From Dimorphilus gyrociliatus (Eukaryota; Animalia; Annelida), in NCBI GenBank assembly GCA_904063045.1, contig CAJFCJ010000020.1:612916-676915 (forward strand): DNA of 64,000 bases. Direction: 5' to 3'. The notes beneath the pieces are model-generated. The model saw nothing but the letters and a program-made list of their open reading frames with translations, was not told where the DNA came from and did not search any database. Positions 39,001 through 52,955 of the stretch are shown here, in pieces (the stretch's first letter is position 1; every line of letters starts with the position of its first letter). The position numbers and the translations under genes are program-made.

Positions 39001-42000
39001 GCTCATGCATATATGCTAGTTGACCAGATATGACCGCTTTCTTAGTGACAATATCAGCGAGTTCTTCGAGTAATGTATCGTCTGCCTCTTCAATAGTTTG
39101 TACATCGAAAAATGACTTGAAGTGTTGCATTGTTTGTTGGACTTCCTCAGCGAGAGCTTCATTTACATGCTTTGCTTTTTCTTCATTTTCGGGTAAAGAT
39201 AACGATGTTTCGGAAGCCTTTCTTTGAAGAACCGCTTGTACTTTGTTTTCCTTCGACACTTTGGCAACTTTAGCAACATTTTCATTCAAGTATTTTGTTA
39301 CTGCCTGTTCTAACGCTTTCTCGCGCTCTTCTAGTCTTTCCTTTGCTAACTTAAGTTCACTTTCTACCAAATCAATTCTTTCTCTATCATTAGAGCAGGT
39401 ACAAAGACCTCGTCTTAAATGAGAGACAGCAGCCGATAATTCGGCCTGAACAAGAGCTGATCTGGCTACCGGACACAAGCCTTCAATGTCTGTTTGTGAA
39501 CATCGGCTAACGGCTTCTGAAGCTAGGACATTACCGAGAGCATCACTCTCTATTTTTGTCTTTGGCACCTCCGTCTTTTGCATGGACAAGTATAATTCTG
39601 CCTGAAGTACCATCTTCTCTGCCAATAATTGTGCATAAGTAGATAGGGAATCATTTTTGGCCTTATCTATCTGATTTTTCTCCACTTGCATCTCTTCCAA
39701 TTTACACTCCAATTCTAATATTTGCGAATGAGCGTCCCGCATTTCGCTTAAATACATATCTCTTTCAGTCATTTGCTTGTTCGTCTGACTTCTAACAACA
39801 TATGCCATTTCCCCAACCACTATTGCTTCTATAGCCAATTTTTCAGCAAGGGCGTTTAATTTCAAAGTTTTAGTCCCATGATCGTCCATTTTATCGATCT
39901 TCGATTCTTTGTTATAAATTGAATCATACTCAACGGAATCAGTTACGAGTAAAGCATCTTTTAAACCATGAACAACATTTTCCAGAGTATTTTCACTCGC
40001 CCTACTGAAATCCAATGATTGTAAAGCACTAACAAGATCTTTTAATTTCTTTCTGGTCGAATCGATCATATCCAACGACAAGCGCAATTTTTTTCTAGCG
40101 TCTCGATATTGCTTCTCAGTCGCCTCAAGATTTGAAGTTTTATCCTCTGTGCTAATACTCTCTAAAACTCTCACTAAGCGATTATGCAAAACTTGTAATT
40201 GATCCGTTGAAGATGATTCTGATGTTGTTGAGCATGTATCAGAAATAAGGTCGTCGATTTCTGTATCATGTTCTTTATCATTTATACGTGGCGAATTATC
40301 GATACCCTGCGAACCATCAGGAGCTATTACAGCAACCTGCGGAGGAGGTCCAAGATTAATTGGAAGCGACATTTCCTCACTCTTTTCTTTTTCTTCTTCC
40401 TCTTGCTCATATGCATTAATGGAGAAAGTCTCCTCTAATACTTGCACTTGTTTGTCTATATCACTTAAAATTTGTAAATCAATAACTAGGCTCTCACGAC
40501 GTTTTTTTCTTTCGGTTACTGTTAATTTGTTAGTTAAATCCTCCACTCTGGCACACATAAGTCGTAGTTGTTCCTGATAGTCCTCATCGACTGATTCTAG
40601 TTGCTGCTTAATACCAGCATAAGCAATTTCAATCTTATCTAAAGAATCTTGAGTTTCGTTGCAACGTTTTCTTAAACGTTTTATTTCGCTTATTGCTCTC
40701 TCATATTTTCGTCGACTTTCTGCCGGATCATCTGCGTCACTTCCTTCGCTTTCTTTATTCACTTCTTTGAGATTCTCAATATTTCGCCTTGCTTCTCTGA
40801 GTTCATTGTCCTTACGAGTCATAGAAGTCTCAAAATCTTCTCGTAGTTTGCGCTTTTCTTCTTCAACTCGTTGTAGTTCACTTATTGCTTCTTTATATCT
40901 AGTTTCCATGCGGCTATTAATTTCCACGGACGATTTCATATTTGATAACTGCTTCGCAAGTGTTTCTTTTTCCTTCACAGTCTCCATTAATTCTTCATTC
41001 TTTGCATTTATCATTTCCATAACTTTTTCATTTTCTCTTTCTAATTCGGCCATTTCGGATTCGTATTTTCTAAATTCGACTTTGCTGGCATCATCGTCGT
41101 GCCTGGCGACAGCTTCTATCTCTTGATTTGCCTCTCGTAATTTTTCCTCCGATGTTGCCAATTCTTGTCGTATTTTCATACCTAGACAACGTTACATATA
41201 TAGTTATATATATATATATATATATATATACAGTATATGTATATAAATATTTGCAATTATATAATACAATATTGTTGAATTATATGGATGTAAGAAAATA
41301 TGTGTAATTTTACCTTCTTCCAGTTCATGTTCTAGTTGACTTCGCAAAACAGAACAATTTCTGTTAGACTCTCTTAAAGTATTCTCAGTATCTTCCAATC
41401 GATTTTGTAAATCAGCAATTTCTTTATTTTTCTCTTGGAGGAGTACATCCGATCTGTCCATAGGCGATTCATTGGCTTTTTTCTGCTTGGGGGCTTCAAG
41501 TTCTGCCTCGAGCGTTTGTAGTCTTTCTCTTAGTTGATCGTTTTCTTTCAATGCACTTTGGAACCTTTCCTGCTGGATTCGTAATGCTTGCTCTTTTGAT
41601 CGAATTTTTATTTGACATTGAGATAGCTCATCCGTAACGGCTCGAGCCTCAAGCATTGAATCTTGTAATTGACCTTCTAATTCGTCAACATCAAGCAATT
41701 TAGTTTGTAGGCTTTTTACACGATTTTTTGTCTCGTCTAATTCAACACTTTTTCTACGCAAGAAATCGTCTTTCTCAAAAAAGTCACGCTCTAATTGTTT
41801 TAATTTCATATCCTTTTCCGCGTTTTTATCTTGTTCCTTTCTCAAATCAGAACGAAACTGATCAATTTGTCGTTCAGCGGAAACCAGACGTTGAGCACAA
41901 GCGTCTAACTGACGCCTGTAATTTTTCGCCTCATCGGCGTGGCGTGTGGCCGTTTGTTCTGTTGCAGCAACCTGTTCGCTGAGTCTAGACATCTGCTTTG

Positions 42001-45000
42001 AAATAATTAATCATAATAACAGATGTAATTTTCCAAAAAAAAAATTTCTACCTGAGCTTTGATCATTGTAGCTTGCCTCTGATGATCAACTAGTTTAGCT
42101 TGTAAAACATCGATACTTTCCCCTGTATCGCTGTCGTCAAGATATGTCTGCTACAACACATCATTTTTATAAGTCTTGAGAGGCAAACATAATTGTTATA
42201 ATTTTCTTACCACCTGACTATGTTTACGAGAGGGTGTTGAGGGTGAACCCACTACAGAATCCCGGGAAGCCTGTCGCTGATGAGTCTTTGATCTTAATTC
42301 GCTAATTTGATGCTGCAGTTTTGAGTTGCGATTCTGGCTTTGTTCCAATTGTGTCTTCAGCGAATCGACCTGAAAAATAAGGAGGAAAGTGCTAGAATCA
42401 CCAAGGTAATACTTGTAAATATATCAACAAGTTCGATTAACCGATGTATGAGAGATAAGTAACTTAATGTTTAAAAAAATTCTGTTAAAACATAATAATG
42501 TAGCTAAAAATATTTTCCTAATGTAGCTCTATGACAAATTAAAAACGCGGTAACGCTACAACTGAATGACGAGCACTCAATGACAAGTAACTCAGTGCAT
42601 ACTGCGCGTAGTTGGTTCTACAGGTGAATATACTGTCTATGGTGCATCATTCTAAACATACGCCAGTTTTATAGTGTTGCTTTTTTGTTTGGCACATATT
42701 TAACTTGGTATCCGTTATGACTGAAAGTGTCTTTCCTACGACTTGTTAACTTAGCAGCACTTACAGCAATTACTCAATTAATTTTCTCAGTGTGAAGTAC
42801 GTTTTAGTGTAACCGAATAGCGAAGAAAATATTGAAGGCCGAAAAAAATTTTTTTACTGTAGTTCTTTTTTGAAATGTTGTTAGGAGGTGAAATAATTAA
42901 TGACTATTAGACGTCGATTAGGTAAATCGATCGTATTTGCATTAGCAAAATGTACAGTTGTCAGTGAAGCGTCTCATTAGAAAATAAGAAATTACCTCAG
43001 TTTCCAGTAGATCTACCAGAGCTGTATCCCCAGCACTTATTGCACCGCTCGATGTTGATTTGGCCAGACTTTTCTTTTCTGCCTTATCCTCCTCTCCCAT
43101 ATCCATTTTGTCTCCTTGTTCGTACTTACTTTTTGTCGGGGTTCCGGGAGTTGAATTACTTGGGCTGCTACTCCCGCTTCCGCCTCCCTTAAACATAGAA
43201 TTTAACGATTTTACTCTACACGCGAATTTTTTAAACGAATCCATATTTTGTCGACGAGCTAATAAGATGACGTAGGTATGACTGGAGGAAATGAAGTGAC
43301 GCCGACACAAAGAATGTGGCGCCAGTAGCGACAAGATCAATGGTTGATCGACGTCTCGCAGAAAGTACTTGTTAGCAAGGTTTGAAGAGTAAATTTAAAA
43401 TATCGCCTTGGTATTTTTGTACTTAATAGCTCAAAAGCTTTGCAATTAGTTTTACAATATTATGGTATCGTTAATGGATACCAAAATATATCAATTGTAA
43501 CCAATAAAAAGATTAAATTAAATTCTGCTAAAAAACCTACCAGTCTCTTGGAAGAGTGTGTTTCCCCGTTGGAAATTGTTCTTAAAGGTGGACTTTTTAC
43601 ACGAGGTGACTTGGCTCTAGAACGTTCTTTTATTTTTGCTGATGGAGCCTTTGACTTTTTAGATATCATCTTCCCTCCACAGGGTGATGAATTATTTTCT
43701 GATGAACTTTTGCCATTTCTTTCACCCCTTGGTGTACACGGCGAAGAACTAGTACTTCTTTCAGAATCCGTTCTATTCCTCTTATTATCAACATCAACGT
43801 TATTACCCACTTCGTAGAATTTGGGTTTATTTATAAAGTCAGTTAGTGAACGTTGATGAATTCTTCTAACGTTCTTTTCAACTTCATCAAGTTGTTCGTC
43901 TTTTGGCAGATCGGGAAGTTGCCTACCAGATGGCGCTTGCTTTTGATTGTAATCTAATCCAAATTTCAGCGATTTTTTACTATTGGGACTATCCAAGCGT
44001 TGAGTTTCAGGAGCAACGCCCGCATGGTGCATGGCTTTCCTCATTAGTGTTAACCAATTATTCCTGATACCAGTAGTCATGGCAGAGAGTGTCGTAGTTC
44101 CTTTCAAACTCTACAGACGACTAACTTATATACAATTTACAATATCAAATTCTGACAAACCTTTATTTCAAAACCATAGTTTCTTCCCACTTCCTTCTCA
44201 TACAAATGAGTACAATCGCGTAGATCAACGTTTCCATCGGAATGGCCAGCTTCTTCGGCCCTAGAATCCTTATAATATCGTAGCTGTGTTCCATTAAGTA
44301 CAAACCAATGCTTTTGCCAATTTTCTTGCCCAATATCTTTTATATTTTCCCGATTTCCGTTTACTTTATCCTTTAGTCGAACAAGCCAGCCTTTTTTTGT
44401 ATATTGAGAGTATTCCTAAAGATCAAAGAAAATAGAAGTGTGCTTTAATTTTGTTTAATCTAAAGAGCAATTAAATTTACTTTTGTAACGATTAAAAGTA
44501 AATATATATTAGCTGACAAATATAAGAGATTTTAACTCATTCAATTTAATAGCTTTCGATATTTGGCAATAATAAAAGCAGAGAAATTTGCTGAAATATG
44601 AAAGGTAGTTTGTTTAAAATTAAAAAGAATACCACTGCACTCAAAAATCGTATACGTAAAAAAACACAATGATAGCAACGAGTTGAAAATTAAACAAAGT
44701 CGAATTAGATTAGAACAAACAAATATAGAGACCAGTAATCGCGCATGGTGCAACTTACAGACTCGTAACGTTTTCTAACTGGATAAAAGCTTTCAGATTC
44801 AGTACGTGCAGGACTTGAATCGCTTGTGTTTATCTGTTTTATTTAAGCACTACGATCACGCATAATCAATTGATAAATCAAGAGTTTAAGTTTTACTGTG
44901 AATAATTATATTTTCAAAGCATGCAGCATGCTCTGAAATATTATTGAAATATATTCCAAAAATCACCTTATGTTCATCTGTGGCATTTCTTATTGTTAAT

Positions 45001-48000
45001 GGACTAGTTCTAGCACCAGTTTTTTCGCCAGGATTCCAACTTCCTAAGCGTATAGCTCGGGACGGTGGTAAATTTCTGTCCGACGTAAAAGAAGTACGCG
45101 AAGTAGCTTTAGAGGATCTAGGAAACGTATTATCCCAATCAGTTTCCTTCCTAGTCACAGATCTCGACCTTCTAGTTCGAGGTTTATCATGTTCATCCAA
45201 ATCGGAGGCATTGTAATCGAAAATAGGCTTTGAACTAGGTAAATGAGCAAAGCGTTCGTATCTTGATAATGGTCTCTTTTTTGAATCACTCAAAAGAGTT
45301 TCGTATAAGCTCTTAGGCTTACTGTCCTCTGATTCGGGAAGGTCACTTAAGCTACTACTTCTTTTTAATCCGTCGCTAACTGAACCTTTATGTTTCATAT
45401 CACGCACCCCTTTAAATGTCCTTATATCCGGTGGTATACCGTGCATAACTGGGGCATCGGAGGTTGAAGAGCAATGGGCAATTAGAGATGACGTATCACT
45501 AGGCGGGTTGCTCGTAACGCTTGACTGAAAAGAGCATGCAACATGCTAATTGATAGAGATAATAAATCTATCATTAGAAAGCTTACGGGCAAGAAATGAT
45601 AATAATAGTTATAGTAAAATTCCAAATAATCCATATAGGTAAAATTAGAATGATTAACATCATCTAGAATACCGTGGTATCCGTAAAAAGTACCCAACAT
45701 ATTTTTTTTCAATCAAACAATGACAAGAAGTTATACATTCCACAAAACTAGTTGCAGTCAATCAAACTACCGGTGTCGAGTGCTCTAGGCGACTTAAATA
45801 CCATAATAAATAACAGGCGCCCCGTTAATATGTCTCGACATGCGCAGATAGAGAATTTCCCACTTATCCATAATTTACAAAAAAAAATTATCAAATTGAA
45901 CACTTTGCTCTCTTTTGGAGGATGAAAGCTTTACATATTTACTCCCTGTCATATAAACCTTTACTGGTATAAGTTAGTATACAAATTTAATCAGTTTATT
46001 AGGGATATAGAATTTATACAGTTTATATTTTTTCAGACAACAAAGCGTTATTTTCCAACAACAAATAATAAACTGAGGTTTTTTTATATTCAGATCCTAA
46101 ACTCATATAAAAATCTAACAGTAAAACTGTTGAAAAAAGGTTACCCCTATCACAGCCCTTTTGTATGCTATGTAACGTGAGCAACTTTAGCCTAAAAGGA
46201 ATACTTCTACCAAAAATGAAAGTAATCGCATTTACGTGTATCAAACTACTGCAAACATTGAATGAATAGTGTCTATACTATTAGATACAAGTATTTAAAA
46301 AAAGAAAACTAACTGATTATATCAAAATGAATTCATACAATAGATCATTCGTATGATTTTACCTTGAACGAATTTTACCAGCAGATATAAAATCAATATC
46401 AAGTCTCATTCAAACTACTATCAAATTGTTAGCATGCCTTTAAAAGCATATTCGTAAATACAACTACTATATAAATTGGTGGTTTTCAACTCAATTTCGA
46501 AGTTTACATATAAAATTAAATCCTAAAATCAAACACCTACCTCGTTCATAATCTATATTTTTTTCTCGAGGTATACTTTGCTAATGCAACAATTCAAATG
46601 AAGACTCAATAAGGAACGCATGCACCAACTCATCCAAAAAGGATTAAATCTTAAAAGACGGTAGTATTGTTAAATTCTCTCACAATTTTTGTTATTATTT
46701 ATAGATAGTAAATGGGGATTGAGACCCAAAAGTTCAAAAAGTAACTCGTATTTTTTACTATCTAAGCTTTTACCTATTAATCCCTTTAATATTGTTTAAA
46801 AACATCGCGAAAACAACTATTAATCAAAAACTCTTAATATATACAATGGCAATATGCAAAAAATAATTACCGGATTAGAGATGAATATATCTAACAGCTG
46901 TCCAATTAAAACAATATACATAGTCAATTTGGTTTCTACAATAGACTATTGATATTTACAAAATACTATAATAAAGCTTATTTTATCAATCAAGGGAAAC
47001 TCAAAATCTGTAATTTACTCCAATGAACATTATTGAATAATATTACAATGGAACATTTGTGTTGATTAAAAAGAACAAACAATCAATCTCTCTAAAGAGT
47101 AATTAATGTAATATAAAGCCGCTCCAATATGTAGTGTAGATATATAAACATATATATTAAAACTAAGTAAATATTGTATAAACTGATATATATCCTTATC
47201 AAGATTTTTGCAAACGATTTAGATAACAACCATCAGTTATATTGAATGTTTTCTTTTCGCATTGAGAAAAATCAATACCATCCATTATTCTTATTATTAC
47301 CATCTACCAACTATTAATTTTAACAACAAAAGAGACTTGTCATTGAAATGTTCTTTAATTCTTCGGTTTCGAATAATTTATATTATTCAAAATCCTTTCT
47401 TTTATAATAATAATAACTACGAATTTAATCCAGCTATAACCTATATTTCCTGAATAATTGACAGAACAGTAAATCCTAAGAAAAAAAAACCTTAACATTG
47501 TAACACTTTATACGCTGAACCTTTAGATTAATAAATAGTCGCACGTATTTGTAAAATTGATACACAATTGCGAAATTATTACCTTTTTAGTATTATCATT
47601 TAATACAGGTGTTGATCTTCTATGTTTTGTTTTCACACTTCTTGGATACATTATTAAAACGTCGTACCACCTATGTCACGTCATTTAGTATCATTAGGAG
47701 CTGTAAATCTGATATATTCGTTAATTTTACCTATTAATTTCCTCTTTATTTGTTCCTTTAATAAATGTTTTTTTCTTTGGAATTTCAATAGATAGAGAAA
47801 ATTGATGTGACGTTATATCTTGCGCTTCATTTACGTCGGTGCATGTATTCATATCAATAACCCCTTGTGGTATAGTGTGAATCTATGAAAAAAAGAACAA
47901 ATTAAAATCATTATTAACGTAAAAAAGACATTCGTTTTTATTTTTAACGAATATAAGTTTACAGACGACAGATGGCGCAGTGGTACAAAAAAAAGAGTAA

Positions 48001-50040
48001 AAAAATTGGTTTGTTGCACGTGTAACCTAATCCCCATAATCGTAGAAAATACGTTCAACAACGCTGGTAATTGAAAATTAGGAAAGATCAATCCGATTCA
48101 ATATCGAACAATCTAAGTAGGGGATTAACAAACCATTTTAAAAATTATTATTATTGAATAGAAACTTGGAGTTGAATTTCTAAAAACAACCCTCCCATGT
48201 CCTTTCAATACTAATAACCTATATTGTATATGAAAAAATATATTCTCTATCACTTCATGAAAGGTGGCACGATGAAAAGTTGCTCACATGAAGTACCTTG
48301 GCGCCACCCCTTTGGGGATTACTCTTTTGTCAAGCAGAAGCTTGGGAAAAGAGAATATCTTGCACCCATAATAAATACTTCAAACTTGTAATCAAAGACA
48401 TATATTTAGACAAAAACCGCAAAAATTTCTCTACATGATCGAATTAATACTATTAATGGATCTGAGGCCGTTTTAATAGAACTAGATTACGGACTGTGTG
48501 GAGAGAATGGTGCAATCTGAGAATACAACTAAAATTTTTGTTCATGTATCATTAAAATGATTCGTTTATACTATGGTTGAACATTAAAACGAATAATATT
48601 TGACAAGAGCCATTAAAACTGTCATAAAGACTGTTGTCGGCAAATTGAAAGTGGATTGAATAGTAAACACATCGGAAAGGAAGAATACATATTATAGAGA
48701 GAACAGATTGAAACACGTGTTCTTCTCGCTCAACATTTCTAATTTATTGACATAGAGAGATCCATTATCATTTCCTTATTGCCAATTGCGTAAATGTAAA
48801 ACAATCGATTAAATTCTAGTATTAATATCTTTATAAGAGAAGAGGACTTATATAGATAGCAAAAAGAGCATGTTTTATAGCAACCTAATAATTTATGACC
48901 TACATGCAGCTGTTCAGCCTTTCTTTGGTTCATTCATAGGTCATTCACAAAGTTAATTATATGTTTATAGAATGAAAGAAACGGTTAGTTAGCTCTTAGA
49001 TAAATCGTTTAAAAACAGAAAACTTTTTTCTAAGGTTGATAGGTCAAAACAAGCAGGCTCCGATCAGACATAATCCTTCTATTTTTAAACAAAGTGATTA
49101 GATCTAAGTTTATTTTAACATATGGAGCGCAGTCAAGAATTAAATTAGCGAATTAGTCATTCCTCCAAAGCGTATTCTATCATTTATTAACAATTATATA
49201 AGCATCTGTAATTTTCTATTTACATCTGAAGCTTATCAGATAATTTTTATCGAGTCAATATTCTGCTACTAATTCCTACTCAGTATTCTGCTTATACAAG
49301 AGAATATTTCATAGCAATAAGTTACGATAAACACATATAGAGATATTGAGTTCAGCGTATAAAAGACGCTTTTGTACTTTTTTCAGTAATAATCTAACTT
49401 GCTATTTTCTTACGATTCATATGAGAATTCTTTTAAATCCTTATGTAATTTAGAAGAAATAGATTCTAAGGATCCTTACATAACAAGAGTAAAAGTATAT
49501 TACAGCACGGGAGCTAAAGCTTTTTAGGCAATACTACGTTGTTAAAATAGGTTAATGGAAACAGTATATCACCAAACAATAACAAAATACCAAGTGGCGT
49601 TTTTATATGATCGCGTTCGATACGTGCGTTGATATAGTATAGGCGAACTTACACTTTCATCCACCGAATAGGTTAACTCTCCGTCGTCGTAGAGTACAAA
49701 AAATCTTCTTTGCCATCTCTGCAATAGATTGTATGTGATCGTTAATGTTACATATCATTTACTAGCAAATTTTTCATACAAACCCTTGTTTTATCTAAAG
49801 GATTATTAAAATCGAATTGTTCTGGTGCAACAAATAAGTAGCCACATTTTGATATTTTTCTTGATGCCTGCAAAAAGTTACGTAATTCTTCAGGTTAGGG
49901 AAAGTAATCATCTTCTGTAAATCCTTTACCTTGAGATGTTCCAAAGCTTCAGGTGAATGCGATTCTTTATCCTTAAAACATTGCTGACATCTACTTTTAT
50001 TAAAAATGTTTGGAATAAACTTTTGACAGCGGTTAGTCAT
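36097..50040 (-). CDS. MPRIP: Myosin phosphatase Rho-interacting protein / outspread homolog (2 PH domains + long coiled coil)
   Basis: N-terminal [21 protein letters not shown]1 KCGYLFVAP...[17 protein letters not shown]...IDMNTC...FIKGT. PH2 KKGWL...WQKHWFVL...[11 protein letters not shown]...GRNYGFEI...[13 protein letters not shown]. Also LVDLLETE and [37 protein letters not shown]. The 3' end is approximate because of alternative last exons. Confidence 0.92.
41205..41230. repeat. (TA)13 microsatellite
   Basis: TA run in the intron just upstream of the giant MPRIP exon. Confidence 0.9.
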
Positions 50041-50540
50041 TGGTAAAGTCTATGATCGATATAAGTGCACTGAGCGAAAATCAGAACTTTTCACACAAAA
50101 CAGTCTAAGAGCTTTTTCTTGGTCCAATGTCGAAAATAGTCGAAAATATCCTTGCTTTTTTCTCTCTATAACCAATAGGAGCAAAGTGAGAGACAACAAG
50201 AAGTTAAAAGCTAAATAAACGCATTAATCAATTTAAAAGTTCCAAAACGCTCGAAAGTGCGTAAAATGCGTATTAATACATAGTTACTACTCGGTATATA
50301 ATATAGGAGAGCTGGCTAAAATAGTTCGTCTAGGGTAGTGCTGACATCTGCCGGAATTACTTGTGTATGACATCGGGGTCAGTAACTCGGATACCCAAAG
50401 TCTCATATAACTACGACCTATCAGTTGATGATAAGGGTAAAGAGCTGTTATATAAGCTCTTTCGGTTAAAAATATATTAAAATTGCTATTTTTTCCGGTT
50501 AATTGCTTAGCCATATAAAAAAAATATTACCTGGTTGAGA

Positions 50541-52955
50541 ATGGACTGGATAGTTTCTGCAAGTTCAACATTTAAAAATTCATTTGAGAACTGGACAAAT
50601 GACAAGACGGCAACTAAAAAGATTTTAATTGTGGCAGGCACCAGCGGAACTATTTATGTTCTGTATAAAATTTTGATCAAGCCGTTCTTCAGTCCCTTAA
50701 ATAAAGTAAGGACTCAATAGTTGAGAACATTTAATTTTTAATATTAACACCATCGTCAATTAGATTCCTGGACCGCCATTTGGAATAAAAAATTTTATAT
50801 TTGGAAATGTCGCAAATGCAATGGAAGGAAGTGGTTCGGAAGCTGGAGAAACATCAATCAATTGGGTTCGAAAGTATGGGGGTATTGTACATTACCGTCA
50901 TTTACTTGGCGAACATAGAATCCTTGTAGCAGATCCTCAAGGTCTTCGTACTATTTTAGTGAAAGAAGACGAAAAATTTCTGCGAGACATCCAACTTGGA
51001 ATTGGCAGGTAAGGGAGAGAAGCCTGTGTGTATATGTGTGTGCGTTAGAAAGAGATAATAAGATATTTTTTATGTACTATATAAACTGTAGCTGCACAAA
51101 CATAACGTTTTCAAATAAGAATATTTAGTTAACCTTACGCAACTTAAGTTGATAAAACTATTTAGATAACTTCTCTTTTTTCCCTTCTCAAAAGTCGCCT
51201 TAATATCGTACTATTGACAAACGATGGCGCCGAGCATAGCTATCAAAGGAAGCTGGTTAATCCACACTTTACACAAATGTCTTTAAATGCTTCCTTCGAT
51301 ATATTTTTGGAACAAGCCCAAGATCTTAAAAATTCCGTAGAAGATCAATTAAAAGGAGTAACAGAAAAATTACTACCAATTCAAAACATGGTGACTGATT
51401 GCGTTAGTATAGTTTTATCAAGAAGCATTGTCTACATGGTTATTTTTAATATAAAATTCTAATATTAGGTAAAAGAATTCATTTGTCGATATGCATTTGG
51501 TGAATTTCCAAAAATGGAAGATTCAAGTCAGAATATTGTAACAGCTCTTATGTCTGCACTATCCTTATCGCCAATTGTAAGGTCGGCATACTATTCATTT
51601 AAATAAACATGTAAAAAATAAGTAATATGATGCGATATTATTCCAGTTTTACTCAAACGATTCCAATATTAGGTTGGCTCCCAACGAAATCAAATAGAGC
51701 CTTAGCGAAAAACATAAAATTTGCAAATGATTTTGTCAAAAAATTGATGGAAGATAAAAGAGCAAAACTGATGACTGATCAGGGTAAAGAAGAAATGAAA
51801 AAAGATTTGGTCGGAAGACTGTTCCTTGAAGCTGATTCATCTAAACCACTAACTGAAGATCAAGTAGCGGGACTAATCAGTACAATTATATTTGCAGGTA
51901 AACAGAACAAGGAATCTTACGGTTATATTAAGCTTAAAACATTCAATATTTAAGGATTCCAGACAACATCGACAGCAATCACTTGGTGTTTACATATCTT
52001 GTCCGAAAAACCGGATATTCAAGAAAAAATAGCTCAAGAGGTAGCTGAGGTCATGGTTCACGATGGTTGTTGGACATGGAGCAATTTGGATAAGCTTGTT
52101 TATCTAGATGCAGTTTTTAAAGAGAGCCAAAGGTCAGTTTTTCGATGGTGTTACTTGAGATAAAAGAGTATGGCATGTTCTCGTAAATTTAATTTAAAAA
52201 CATATGAAAGAAATATTACCTTTGCAGATTTTTCAATCGTGTAACATGCCTACCCGTGCTTTCTGTCTTAAGCTTTTGTTTATTAAGAGTGGGTGGTGCA
52301 TGACTTATTTTTAATTCAACTTAGTAGTTAGATGGCGCTTCCATCAGAATGTAGTTATTTGTATACAATATACTATATATATATATTATTTACATATATA
52401 TATATATATATATATTGTATATCTCTATACAGTATACTTTCGTAAAATATACTGCAGTAAATATTTTGAAGAGACGTTAATATTAAATGTAGTTTGTTCT
52501 ATAGATTAATACCCATTGTGAGCTCTGTCTTAAAAAAAGCCCAAAGAGGAGCTAAGATAAATGGCTATGATATACCTGAAGGAACAGTTGTTGTTGCTCA
52601 TCTTGGTGCTGCTATGAGGTAGAAACGCTACTGATTTATTTATTTAAAAAATGTAAGTTTAAAAAATTTTTAATGCAGGAATCCTCATGTTTGGGAGGAT
52701 CCTGATGAATTTAAACCAGAGAGATTCCTAAATACCACAATGGATAAGTATATGTATCAATTTTTGCCCTTTGGTACCGGTGCTCACAAATGTCTAGGAC
52801 ATCAATTGGCAAAAGTTGAAAGTCGTCTAATTTTAGCTTTGCTTATACAAAACTTCATTTTCGAAAGGCCACCAGGCTATAAAGTGCGCAAAGCGTCGCA
52901 ACTACTTATAACTCCAAATCCAAAAGTTGAATTGATAGTAAAAAGAAGAAATTGA
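50541..52955 (+). CDS. Cytochrome P450, family unassigned
   Basis: N-terminal anchor + IPGPP, I-helix IFAG|FQTTST, ExxR (ESQR), KPERF and heme motif FLPFGTGAHKCLG. About nine short introns. Confidence 0.95.
52395..52414. repeat. (TA)10 microsatellite
   Basis: TA run in a CYP intron. Confidence 0.85.

Noticed and set aside
40659-41126. Plus-strand ORFs opposite long exons (also 4101-4370, 37208-37552, 43440-43817, 44944-45216, 59076-59525, 62851-63039)
   Set aside because: Antisense shadows of real exons; no independent splice sites or motifs.
49140-49500. Short plus-strand open stretches in a large MPRIP intron, a possible nested gene
   Set aside because: Interrupted by stops in all frames; no coherent model.
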